NCBI GenBank assembly: GCA_964584335.1
Contig: CAZOZN010000001.1
Span: forward strand, 179,882-243,881
Source: an uncultured archaeon
Lineage (GTDB): Archaea > Aenigmatarchaeota > Aenigmatarchaeia > PWEA01 > JAGHBM01
Length of the DNA: 64,000 bases
Reading direction: 5' to 3'
In this document: positions 22,501-31,800 of the stretch, piece by piece
Position numbering within the stretch: position 1 is the first letter of the stretch
Layout: the number at the start of each line of letters is the position of its first letter
Translations under genes and position numbers: made by a program
The notes under the pieces: generated by a model
The model's input: only the letters and a program-made list of their open reading frames with translations
Told to the model about the DNA's origin: nothing
Databases searched by the model: none

Positions 22501-23111
22501 ACCCAGAAGAGGTCTTTAAAGACACGCCAAACGTGCAGAGTGTTTGGGCATACGACCCAGATGATGAAATGTGTACAGACCTATGGTGTGTATGGACACC
22601 GGACGGAATAGAAAACGACAACCTTAAAGTATGGTCCGGCTGGGGATACTGGGTAAGAGCCAGTGAAGAAGACATGCTTGTAATAGGCGGAGATATGATA
22701 AAGCCAAAAGAAGAGGTCCCACAAAGGACTTTGAGAGCAGGATGGAACCTGATAGGTCCTTACGACTGGTGGTACAACACTACTAAAGACATGAGAATCA
22801 ATGTATGGGATGGTTCAACCTATACAAGAATGGATCACGAAGATGTCTGCGGTTATGAATGGCCCACAGACCTATACTGGGACTACGGACACGAATACCT
22901 AAGCGTCATAGACAACGAGTACATGTCTGTCTATGGATACATAAACTGTATATCAGAAAGCGAGCCAATACAGGGAAGCAATGAAATGTATGCAGGAAGA
23001 GGATACTGGGTATTCTTGCAGCAACCATATGATGGATGGTTTTATGGTCCATCGAGTCATTGGAATGACTTTTGGAAAATACCAGGACCTATAGGGCCTA
23101 TAGTAGCTTAA
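16524..23111 (+). CDS. Giant acidic secreted protein with nine Ig-like repeats, inserted domains and a GWNLI-type C-terminal domain
   Basis: Signal peptide; repeated H-L-Y-CVD--GN-E-----F-VD--PP units; CGNGEVEPGEECDDGN---GDGCS-C; KWNLISVP and GWNLIG near the C-terminus; no C-terminal TM. Confidence 0.85.
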   Translation: MKILKNFLNKTKNFNSFNKLFVVFMFTLILTLSSGSYSVLADHDSVAELQPEWSASGETMDYTVEITNNGPDVIDEVRIYNNENYENFDCENKTGWELYYISVLDACFYVENGDTIPDGESDVFEFSAMTSVDPEDTCQLEWKFETRDENEEWKFIYDYTSIDSKKPELDKQVGEPFINCTLNPEHCDGDYDGWVTQDTIITIQVNDDFPETNCDSGITYCYSTIKLDGDVIESITYGNGDPVMQMGWEVDFDEDSNHELNITCVDLAGNIMEDIETFKVDDKEPETDKDFSEPMKIDGLVEWIDTFTEITFDPVDPDHTGEGCAIGVDKTWYRNDLANELVMVGENSEELCYQPDQYCNEGELGFVETPYEQEAYDGCIDYWQVWCQDNWDSEYSSWEQCVEENVHGMWDPPGMLGCMVYEEWKLWDGNPIQKPDESCHVLQYFSVDHLGNIEDTQYNCFFVDKTIPKLEKTHDESAVEDEDMDSFPETDGIFHWVNYDTDIDFKCEDQDPHPSGDERVCFKISFDGDEPWLTEEYCADYYPEGEILDLDPGCGEQCKYCCVDVDGNNEFVFNFYEESMHDLHYFCEDAVWKGRPGHGIDEPHLQYYRVDNTPPNITKTMLGDEGMEWIGDCPPQSPSDECYVKGGSGVHVDVTDPDTTGMGCASDDVYCEYEVWWEGSVIDEGDFGEEGIDIIFDEDSEHILKINCWDALDNEMGMDEETFLVDMEPPETTKMYGEPYKIEPGCAQGCIDFCMGEVPEDDWDECIHDCQHERCTWWINSSTEVSLSAEDEKVGTKETYWRNLYFPENHEMCYHENIVPVGDVEVQVIEDSCHPDYYTGLDDYDDSVEWNNYSETGPFTKSPESCHVIEYYSVDEFGNEEPLRWQCVFVDNTGPEAIKEVGEPKIPCTPPVTTTTVDTTTTIITEPICVGTPNNEACNAYDESQCVAIPGCSWLPGTDCAGYTSGGQGMCESFPGCEWCPVENVCTGTTGETCTGTPESCEAAASNWPSDPEAKCLETSGCDWIMPLTGEYREEGDTFEGPLTAPLGNGICSGATQTSQCAYVASNSLPPYAYDTLVAQGADPSLLDQGCGDILILSSGNPLDSDTHISTGMNNPGCGPGGAETNPDGQPTHDCVDLTYSPSGDSVVLAVSSEWPEYYESITDWMRIGGIVDVSINDWEPDVNPDDGVPDQPYQDVVDIPYTPSISGTITLATLGQGQQVDLRVADSLDYIYDTAMIVVPLSCYEEGPEPILCGNGEVEPGEECDDGNQQNGDGCSAQCLIEDEGLPECWWVRDDNFQEGTPILLDCDDSWNGTADHPVDQEWGCFRVSFDEEPWLTEEYCQEASDAGRTVKMPATEDDWCCIYFGEEEPYIFSFHEDSVHDLEFYCVDHLKNKGPLDFEWFRVDSTAPNVTKVLSEPYYGECPPEPDSEDECYVDTATEITLDIEDGGPICAVGDVECRWRYRVMPGLENGFEPLKVTPTLWSQWFNYTEEEPIIFPEECYHELQIECWDALGNMWTDEEYFIVDKTPPEITKEYGEPKHKGYGPGEEETETRTMGSKGWGGNYFDFTEVWECEGDDYFGWNPIKVDRIYHENCDTEFVIEAPTSGIENAPGNFWVEIDVDNSGDKSPGDWQFSWHEDETERVPTDSHWGYRYIKPDSSWSDWQEPLPDWLEFSKSGETFHVMVDSDYLGNKNGMKDDCGLGYGFALFMVIPDEGFPQGVCDPGNSWPGEAVIIPVQSDGYFVEGILGSPIWWINSNTLINVSAVDPEPHPSGLKELNYRFDMVDDRYCNGTWDCEDAEVEEGVSWKTYTGEFNIPEESCHLIEINAKDNVDKESYHKQCVFVDTSDPVTNKTVGIPKSPWDGMGAYEGEYQEAEDYCTAPGLCWRITEMTPIFLNCEDPDPHPSNHAQIYYRTWWDNTGNWTDWSTVPEGSAIYLNGECFHKLEYYCVDAVNNTGEPDLEYFKVEGSRFEIPIFKKWNLISVPFELFDSDPEEVFKDTPNVQSVWAYDPDDEMCTDLWCVWTPDGIENDNLKVWSGWGYWVRASEEDMLVIGGDMIKPKEEVPQRTLRAGWNLIGPYDWWYNTTKDMRINVWDGSTYTRMDHEDVCGYEWPTDLYWDYGHEYLSVIDNEYMSVYGYINCISESEPIQGSNEMYAGRGYWVFLQQPYDGWFYGPSSHWNDFWKIPGPIGPIVA

Positions 23112-23148
23112 GGGGAATAAACCCTTTCTTTTTTCTTTTTATTTTTGT
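23111..23148 (+). terminator. Short hairpin plus T-tract terminator
   Basis: AGGG..CCCT followed by TTCTTTTTTCTTTT. Confidence 0.55.
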
Positions 23149-23220
23149 TAATTCAGAGGAAGGGATAGGTATTTAACTCTTAAATGGTAATAAATAGTAT
23201 AATAAAAGGGGGTTGGAATA

Positions 23221-23985
23221 ATGAAAAGTTTAAATTTTTTGTTGATAGCAACCGTTTTATCGGTATTCCTAAGTTCTTTTGCTATGGCTATACCTTTCCC
23301 AACTACACAGTTTTACGGAACTGCTACAATAGACGGAAGCCCTGCTCCTGACGGAACAGTTGTTTCTGCAAAGGTTAACGGATTGGAAGTCGGCAGCACT
23401 ACAATATACAGCGGAAATGGTTTCTATTCTTTCACGGTAGATGTTCAGGGATATGAAGGAGAAACTGTTAATTTCTTCATAGGAGATTCCAATACAGGAG
23501 AGACTTCTTGGATTGGAGAAGGTGAGACTGTAAGAGTTGACTTATCTTTGGGCACGGGAGGTGACGATTCAGACGGCGGTTCTTCCGGAGGCTCCAGCGG
23601 TGGTAGCTCGGGAGGATTTACCGGTACAAGTTCTGAAGAAAACGATACGGGCACGGCAGACCAAGAAGATGGTTCCGGAGACTCGGACGTATGCAGGGAA
23701 AGATGGACCTGTACTGACTGGAGTTCGTGCGTAGACGGAAAACAAACCAGGACCTGTACTGAGCAGAATGATTGTGGTACGGATTTATACAAACCATACG
23801 AGGAACAGCCTTGTGTTTCCGAGCAGTCAACAGAACCGGAAGGTCTTGACTTAGGCGCAACAGGAAGATTCCTTACAAGCCCGTTAGGAATAGGAGCGAT
23901 AATTGCAATAATTTTGATAATTGCAGGCGGTCTTTTTTTCTGGAAAAGAAAGGGATTAAAGGCAAAACCTGAATTTAAGAAATAA
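23221..23985 (+). CDS. Membrane-anchored surface protein with TSP1-like Cys motif
   Basis: Signal peptide; FYG--TIDG-PAP-GT-V-A domain; Gly/Ser linker; C-E-W-C--WS-C-DG-QTRTC---N-CG; C-terminal TM + KRK. Confidence 0.8.
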   Translation: MKSLNFLLIATVLSVFLSSFAMAIPFPTTQFYGTATIDGSPAPDGTVVSAKVNGLEVGSTTIYSGNGFYSFTVDVQGYEGETVNFFIGDSNTGETSWIGEGETVRVDLSLGTGGDDSDGGSSGGSSGGSSGGFTGTSSEENDTGTADQEDGSGDSDVCRERWTCTDWSSCVDGKQTRTCTEQNDCGTDLYKPYEEQPCVSEQSTEPEGLDLGATGRFLTSPLGIGAIIAIILIIAGGLFFWKRKGLKAKPEFKK

Positions 23986-24020
23986 TCCCTTTATTTATTT
24001 CTTCTTAGGTAATTGTATTT

Positions 24021-24662
24021 ATGGATTCTAACGAAGAGCTTATAAGAAATCTTAAGATGAGCTCTCTTCGGAGTGATGAGGTTGAGAATGCATTAAGGAA
24101 TATTCCCAGGGAACATTTTGTCCCGGAACAGTACAAGTCAGAGGCGTACAAAGATTATCCCCTGCAGATAGGATACGGCCAGACTATTTCTCAGCCTTAT
24201 ACTGTTGTAATGATGACAGAGCTTCTTGAAGTCAAGCCCGGTCATAAAGTTCTTGAGATTGGCGCGGGTTCGGGCTGGCAGTCTGCCCTTCTTGGTCATA
24301 TCGTGGGAAAAGAAGGCAAGGTTTATACGGTAGAGAGCGTAAAGGAGCTTGCCGAACTGGCAAAAAAGAACATATCAAAAACAGGAATTAATAATGTGGA
24401 GGTTGTTGTGGGTGATGGCAGCGGAGGTCTTGAGAAAGAGGCACCGTTTGACAGGATTATAGTTACTGCCGCAGCTCCTAAGATACCAAGGGATCTTGAA
24501 GAACAGCTTTCAGTAGGCGGAAAGCTCGTAGCACCGATTGGAGGAATGTTTGGTCAGAGGTTGATAGTCTCGGAAAAGAAAGAGAACTTCATAAAGAGAA
24601 TTGTTAGCCCGGGTCATTACAGATTTGTTCCTCTTACGGGAAAGAACGGCTTCAAAAAATAG
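24021..24662 (+). CDS. pcm: Protein-L-isoaspartate O-methyltransferase
   Basis: PREHFVP, AYKDYPLQIGYGQTISQP, VLEIGAGSGW, GDGS-G----APFDRII-TAA, RFVPL. Confidence 0.95.
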   Translation: MDSNEELIRNLKMSSLRSDEVENALRNIPREHFVPEQYKSEAYKDYPLQIGYGQTISQPYTVVMMTELLEVKPGHKVLEIGAGSGWQSALLGHIVGKEGKVYTVESVKELAELAKKNISKTGINNVEVVVGDGSGGLEKEAPFDRIIVTAAAPKIPRDLEEQLSVGGKLVAPIGGMFGQRLIVSEKKENFIKRIVSPGHYRFVPLTGKNGFKK

Positions 24663-24664
24663 TT

Positions 24665-25138
24665 TTACTTGAACTTTTTTACGTAAAGAGTCAACCCTGC
24701 TACAAGAAACAAGACTGACAATACCATTGCTAAAAAAAGGTAGGACATTTCAGTAAGACCGGGACAGTTTTGCTCAACTGTAAAGTAATCCGATGTTAGG
24801 GTCTCCGAACCTACTTTTATTTTTGCTATGAAATTGAGGTCTTCTGATGTATGAGCCCTGAACATATAATTATTTTCCTTACCGACACAGTAACCGTCTT
24901 TTATGTAGTAATATGAGGATTTCCATCCTTCAATTGGGTCGTAAATTTCTCCCACTCTTTTGTCCGGCACGATAGCGTCTATCTTTACATCATAACAGTC
25001 GTAAGGTATGTCATTAACCATTAAAGTTATGTTATAATCAATACATTCCCCCTCTATATCCATAAAGAATTGTTGTGCGTTTACAGTCGGGACTAAAAAA
25101 AGTAATGCAAAAAACAAAGCCATGTATTTTAGTACCAT
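24665..25138 (-). CDS. Secreted/membrane-anchored hypothetical protein
   Basis: Signal peptide, four Cys, C-terminal TM + KKFK. Confidence 0.7.
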   Translation of the reverse strand: MVLKYMALFFALLFLVPTVNAQQFFMDIEGECIDYNITLMVNDIPYDCYDVKIDAIVPDKRVGEIYDPIEGWKSSYYYIKDGYCVGKENNYMFRAHTSEDLNFIAKIKVGSETLTSDYFTVEQNCPGLTEMSYLFLAMVLSVLFLVAGLTLYVKKFK

Positions 25139-25404
25139 ACTTCCTTACCCATTTTTATCTTGAACAAGTTTTCAAGAAAATCTGTTCCTGCATATCCTGC
25201 CAGCAGTGCGAACTTCACGTCATCTGCTATAAAAACTCCGGTCAAAAGGCCGACACCACCGGAGGTCAACAGAGTCAACAACATATAGTCTTTTCTTATT
25301 TTCCTTTTCTTTGATGGTGAAGCTCTTATGTGTTTTGTTATTCCGACAAGCCCCCTTATTAGGCCTCCTATAAAGCCCGCTGCAAATATGTAGAAAGGGT
25401 TCAT
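25129..25404 (-). CDS. Small 3-TM Gly-rich membrane protein
   Basis: AGFIGGLIRGLVG and LLAGYAGTDFLE helices; overlaps start of next gene. Confidence 0.75.
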   Translation of the reverse strand: MNPFYIFAAGFIGGLIRGLVGITKHIRASPSKKRKIRKDYMLLTLLTSGGVGLLTGVFIADDVKFALLAGYAGTDFLENLFKIKMGKEVWY

Positions 25405-25481
25405 AATAGAAAATTAAAAATGTTTATATATAAAATTTGGGATAAGGGAAATTTTATAAATAGCACGGATAAAGAATAAAT

Positions 25482-25781
25482 ATGTTTGCCTCCATGTCAA
25501 GAAAAATATTTTTATTTTCTGTAATATTTTTAGTTTTCTCTTCGTGTTTTGTTCAGGCAACATCAACACACAACTACAAACATTACGAGGGAGAGATAGA
25601 TGCAGGAGACTCGGAAAGTTTTATAGTAATGTTTTTGATTTTAGTCGTACTAATGATGATTCTTTACAAGGGAGAGGAGACTTTTGAGAACTTAACCAAA
25701 ATTAAAAAGAAAAGAAAGTCTAAGAAAACTAAAAAAAAGAAAAAGAAAAAATCTTCTTCAAAGAAAAAGTCCAAGAAGTAA
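25482..25781 (+). CDS. Small membrane protein with poly-Lys tail
   Basis: Signal peptide, one TM, tail KKKRKSKKTKKKKKKKSSSKKKSKK. Confidence 0.65.
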   Translation: MFASMSRKIFLFSVIFLVFSSCFVQATSTHNYKHYEGEIDAGDSESFIVMFLILVVLMMILYKGEETFENLTKIKKKRKSKKTKKKKKKKSSSKKKSKK

Positions 25782-25834
25782 AAGTTTTATAAATAGCCAA
25801 AATAAAGATTCAATAAGATTTTAGGGTGTGTTAT

Positions 25835-28800
25835 TTGGATAGTAAAGGTAGTCTTTTAGTTTCATTGTTTGTGTTTTCTATTGTTTTGTTTTCCTTTTTT
25901 GTTTTTTCTCCAGAGCTTTCGCTTGGTGAAGCGGTTTACTCAAACGGTACCTTAAGTTTTATTATCGAGAAAACTTTTTTGCAACCTAATGTTACATCAG
26001 GTGAAAATGCAAGTTTTCTCATTAACGTTACAAATAACGGAACTCAGACAATTTATAACTACAAAATTGTAGATGATTATAATGTTACTTTTTTGAACTA
26101 CACTGAATCGAATCCTGTTCATTTTGATGTAAACTATACAACAGGCCACGTAATGTGGATTTTTAACCTAAGTGTTAACGCATCGCATGAAATTTATTTG
26201 AATTTCTCCACGCTTTCCTCGGGTCTTACAACAAACAGTGCTATGGTGATGAACAGCACTGAAAACCAGACACCTATGGCTGTTGATAACGATACTTTTG
26301 ATATTTTAAGTGCTTCCACCACATCAACAACATCAACCACCTCTACGTCAACTTCTACTACAACTTCCACCACAACAACTATCCCGCAGGTTGACGTTAA
26401 CCTCACCTCTCCAGATAACGGAGGCTTGGTAAATAAAACGCCTTTCAGGCTTAACTATACTGTTAATACTCCCTCCAACTGCACGCAATACTGGAATGAA
26501 AGCGGTGCCTGGTCACCGAATTCGATAAACACTACGACTAACGGAGATTCCTGGGTTGATGTTTCCAGCATAGCCAACGGAACATACAAATGGAATGTTT
26601 TTTGTTTTGAGAAGGACAATACATCAAACAATGCTTGGGGTAGCGATACTAACTGGACTTTTACTGTTAATGCAACACCGCCCGGTGTCGACCTCAGCAT
26701 AACGAAGATTCTAATGAATCAGGAACAAATTAACGTGAATGATACAATCACTTTTATAGTAAATGTTTCGAGCTTGGGTCCTTACAACTATACGGAAGCA
26801 TGTTTCTGGGATAATTTCAACACCACTTACATAAATTTCACTTCTTCAGATTGCCCTACTTATTATGAAAATTATACCGGAGGCCAAGGCCAGATAAACA
26901 TAAACGTGAGTGATTGCAAGGGAACAATATATTCCGGAGAGACAAAAACAATTACTCTTAATTTTACTGCAAAGAGCGAGGGTAGCAGGAATAACCATGT
27001 GGAGGTTTCATCTACAGGAAGCTGGGAAAATGTAACTGATACTTATGATGAACATTATCAGATAGGTGACATGGGACCTGGGCCAGAACCACCGTTTGAT
27101 GACGGGCTCGATGACTGGAGGTCTTCAGTATCTCCACCTTATACAATACAGGGTGAAGAGACTTTCATTAACTTTTCGGTTGCCAGAATGGCTAATGATG
27201 CATCTTGTCTGAATTATCTAAAGATAATGATTCCGGAGAATTTCACATTCAATGGATTCAACTACTCGAGTGAGGATTCTGGAAACTATACATTTTCAAA
27301 CACTTCCGGTTATGTTATTTGGAATGCCACGGACGATTACTTTTTTTGCGGGGGTGAAAATTCTTACTTCGGGATTAATGTCACTTCAACTGACGGTTTC
27401 GGTCGCACAATGTTCCAGGTAATGTCAGATTCAGACAACATGACAAGTGATATAAACCTTACATTTTTCACAACAACAACATTCTGGTTTAACGGTACTG
27501 TCTTGGATAAAGATGGCAACGCAATACCTAATGTGACTGCTTCTATAGTACCAAGAAGCTTTAGTATGAATGGAGATGTTAGCTTTGGTACCTTTTCAGC
27601 GCTAACAAACGAAAACGGCACTTTCAATATAAGTAATATACCCGGCTTGAACGAGACTATTAATAAAAGTATGGGAGGACCGGGACCTGGAGGAGAAGAT
27701 AGTATTTTTTACCGTCTTAGTGCTGTCAAGTACAACGATTCACAGAACAGGTATGGAATGTACGTGGGGGCTAACTTACCTGACCTTCCCGAGAGCGAGC
27801 TAAGGTCCAGCTTCGGTCTTGGAGACCCCGATGTATACCTAAAACCTGCTGTTACTTTTCACTTAAAAGTTTGGGGGGAGGATTTCAAATCCGAGCCTAA
27901 TAACGATGATTGTTGGGAGGATGAACCTCCAACTTGTCCGCCAGACTGGGAGCCTGATTTTAACTGGACTTACATAGGTTTTAACTACGGTGTAAAGGAC
28001 AAAAATCTTGGTTACCCTGTTTCAGAGGATTTCTCTTCTCAGTCCACGGAAAGATATGTATCAGTACCCCTAGAAAGAAACTATTCCATAATGGTTTTCC
28101 CGGAATCTTCTTTCCCGATATATGTTGATTTTAATAATATACAATCCTCCTGCAATTCTACAGGTTATGACCTTAGCACAACCGGAGTAAATGCTACTTG
28201 CACAATAGCAAATGGCACATACCTTGTTGATGTTGTTGTTGATTCAAACATGACTATAGCAACATTTACAGGTTACATAAACCAGACACAAGGAATTTAT
28301 CAGGAATTAAGGATTGTTCCCTACATGCTCGGGGCCGGAAACATGATTTTCGACCAGGACGTACTTCCTTTTAACATGGGCAACATGGAAAAATGGCCTA
28401 AAAACAGTAGCTACGATGATTATTATAACCATTCGACAGGCGAATATTCTATATATCTTCCTGCCACCGAGGCACAATCTGAGATAATGCTTATGGGACT
28501 TGCAAGAAACGGTAGCAATTACTATCTTGACTATTACAAGTTAACTGCCATGGACCAAAACTTTACCGGAGGCTCATCACACAACTTTACTCTTGAAAAA
28601 CTAATAAACGGGATTTCAGGAAACATAACCTCATACAACATAACAGGCGACTGGAACGAGACTATCATTGCAAATACAAGAGAAGTTCTTTTCAGGTTGA
28701 TGAACAATGGAACCGTGTTAAGCAACGAGAATTCTTTTGTTGAGATGAAGGTTGATATAGACGGAACAGAATACATGAGGATGACAGATTCAGAGAGTGG

Positions 28801-31800
28801 TATTTTCAGCCTTCCTATAATAGAGGGTGATGAGATAGAGAAACTTACAATATATTCTCAGAGCTATTCTCCATTATCTACTCCTGTTTCCGCAAGTGTT
28901 CTAAGCGGTTCATCCAGCACTAGCAGTATTTCCTGTGGTAACGGAATATGCAATGTAAGCCTTAAGAGCTTTGAGACCTTTGACCCTGACGATCCAAATT
29001 CTACTCTAAATATATTTGTTGATTTTGTCAAGTCAACCCCTTCATGTGATGTTCCTTTCCCTTCTCATGAAGATTGTGTTTTGACAAGCGTGGATAGTGA
29101 CTCCTTTTCTCCTTTGAAGGCAATACTTTCCGGTGACATAAGCATGAGAATCAAGTATAATAATATTAACATACATTACACGAAGACTGATTTGCTTGCT
29201 TCAGGACCCCCTGATGCAGCTTTCTCCCAGAATGCAACCGAGACAGGATTGGCGGCTGCATGGAAGTTCGGGAGCAGCGGTCCCGAGATATATGATAACG
29301 TAATCTTGGGCATGCCTTATGAAAGTTCCCTGGACGGTCTTAACATAACAGTCAAAATACCTGTACTTTACGACAACGAATTTAACGTTATATGGAACTC
29401 GACAAAAGGAAACACGACTAATGAGCTTGTTGGAACAGACTACGAGGACTATATAAACACAAGATATGAAGCATATCTAAACGGAACCGGTGTTTTATGC
29501 GACGAAGATGATAAAAACTTGACTGCTGGGCTTTGTTACAGAAACAGCACTGAAAGACTTATTTTCATAAGAATACCTCACTTTACGGGTGTTGGTGTTG
29601 AGGTTTCGGGGGGAGGTTCAAGCCCCGCGAACCTTACAATATGGGATTCCACAGAGACCCAGACCAAGTATGCTGGAGATTCTGCTACCTTTTACGCAAA
29701 TTATACAAATACCACAGGCTACCCAATAAATACCACGGGAGCTAATTGTAACGTCACTTACAACAAGAGCGGTAGCTGGTCCACAGAGGCAATGTCCTTT
29801 AATTCTAGTTCTGGATTTTACGAATCACAGGAAACATTTTCTGCTCCGGGAACATACTACTGGAACGTCACCTGTTCTTCACTCAACTACACAGCAATGG
29901 CTGCAAACGATACTGTTTTAATTGACTCTTCTCCCCTTTCCTGCGGGGATACTTTAACTTCCTACACTGCTCTTAACTCCAGCCTAACGAATTGTTCGGG
30001 AAACGGTTTGAACATAGGCGCGGATGACGTAACACTGGACTGCCAGGGAAATATAATAGATGGTATTGGAGCCGGTGACTCTAACGGTATAAATAACACA
30101 GGAGGATACAACAACTTCACTATGAGAAACTGCATAATAAAAGAATTTGAGTACGGTCTGAGGGACGGATACATAGGTCCGGAAGGTGGCAATGTCTCCG
30201 AGGGCGGAACGGTAGAGAACAACACCGTATATAATATCAACAGTTCAGCTTACCAAAATCTTCTTGTTGGAAGCGGCAAGGTGTACCGGAACAACAATTT
30301 CTCGTCTTCCTTCTATTCCCTTTTCAGCAATCCTCACATCGGAGGCGGTCAATCTACAACAGAATATGTAAACTTGACCAACAACACATTCAATTCCCTT
30401 TTCGTTGTCCAGGAGAGCACAAATGTGCGTGTAAGCGAAAACGTTTTCACCACGGAAATATCGATAAGCGGAAATCATCCTTCCCCTGGTGAACCCAATT
30501 CACCTTCTTACAATGTAATATTTGAAAGCAACAATTTCACCGGAAACTTATTGAAAATAGCCAATATGACAAATTCAACAATTATAAACAACTACGGTTT
30601 GTCTTCCATTATCGTTAACGAGTCTGCAAACGTTTCAATGACGGGCAATTCTGTATGCGAGGGAGATTCAAAAATTATTCTGACTTCGGATAGCCACGAC
30701 AACACAGGAGACAACATATGCGGCAATGTGACGGACGAGGATTCAAACTCCGTTACGTGCTCGCAGTCATGTACTTTCGGAATAAGGGTGGACAGCCCAG
30801 TTAATACTGTTTATACCTCACTTCCCTTGAGCATAGAAGTTTATACCTATAAAAACGCTGACTGGTGCGGGTGGAATCTGAATGACACGGGTTCAAACGT
30901 AACAATGAACAACACTTCTCTGCAGGACTGGAACGGCAGTATAATCTCGATTTCACAGGGAGGACAACAACTTTATGTATACTGCAATGACACTTCCGGA
31001 AGCATGTTTTTAAATTCCTCCATAAACTTTAATTACGACTCTCTACCTCCCAAATATTCGGGCTCAGTAGTTTCAACCCCGTCCTCTTCAAATTATGACA
31101 ACTCGCTTTCTTACCAGTTCAACATAACCTGGTCCGATTCCAACTTGGGAACAGTCTGGATTGAGGAAAACCTTACCGGAACTTTGGCAAATCATACAGT
31201 TTCAACTAGTTCAGGAAATGAATACTATTATGATATAGGAGGACTTGCTGCAGTAAGTTATGTTTACAGGTGGATTGCCAATGATACACAGGGATTGATA
31301 AATTCAACAACACAGCAGTCTTATGTTGTTTCACAGTCAACACCAACTCTAACAGGAGCAGTAACTTCACCAATAACTTACGGAACTTCTTCAGATTATA
31401 ACGCATCCGAGTCAAACTCGGGTGATTCTGGTTGCACTTACATACTTGAGAGAAATGGAACATCTTTGGGAACGGGTTCTTCAATTTCAGACACTGCTGT
31501 ATTAGCAGCAGGCACGTACAACTACACCTACTACACAACAGGTTGCACCAACTATACAGCAAACCAGGATACGGACATACTTGTAGTTAACGAAGCAACA
31601 CCTTCAGGTTCTCTGAGCGGGTTTAATGTAACCTATCCAACATCAGTTAATGTAACAGTTTCAGAATCCAATACAGGAGACTCGGATGTCAATTATACCT
31701 TATGGAGGAACGACAGCCTTGTAAGTTCTGCTTTAGGTTCATCTCCAAGCACAATTGCTGAACAGCTTGGTGCGGGTTCTTACCTATACTTATTAAATAC

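Noticed and set aside
25129-25404. Phage holin
   Set aside because: The AGYAG helix is holin-reminiscent, but there are no viral genes nearby; left as a small membrane protein.
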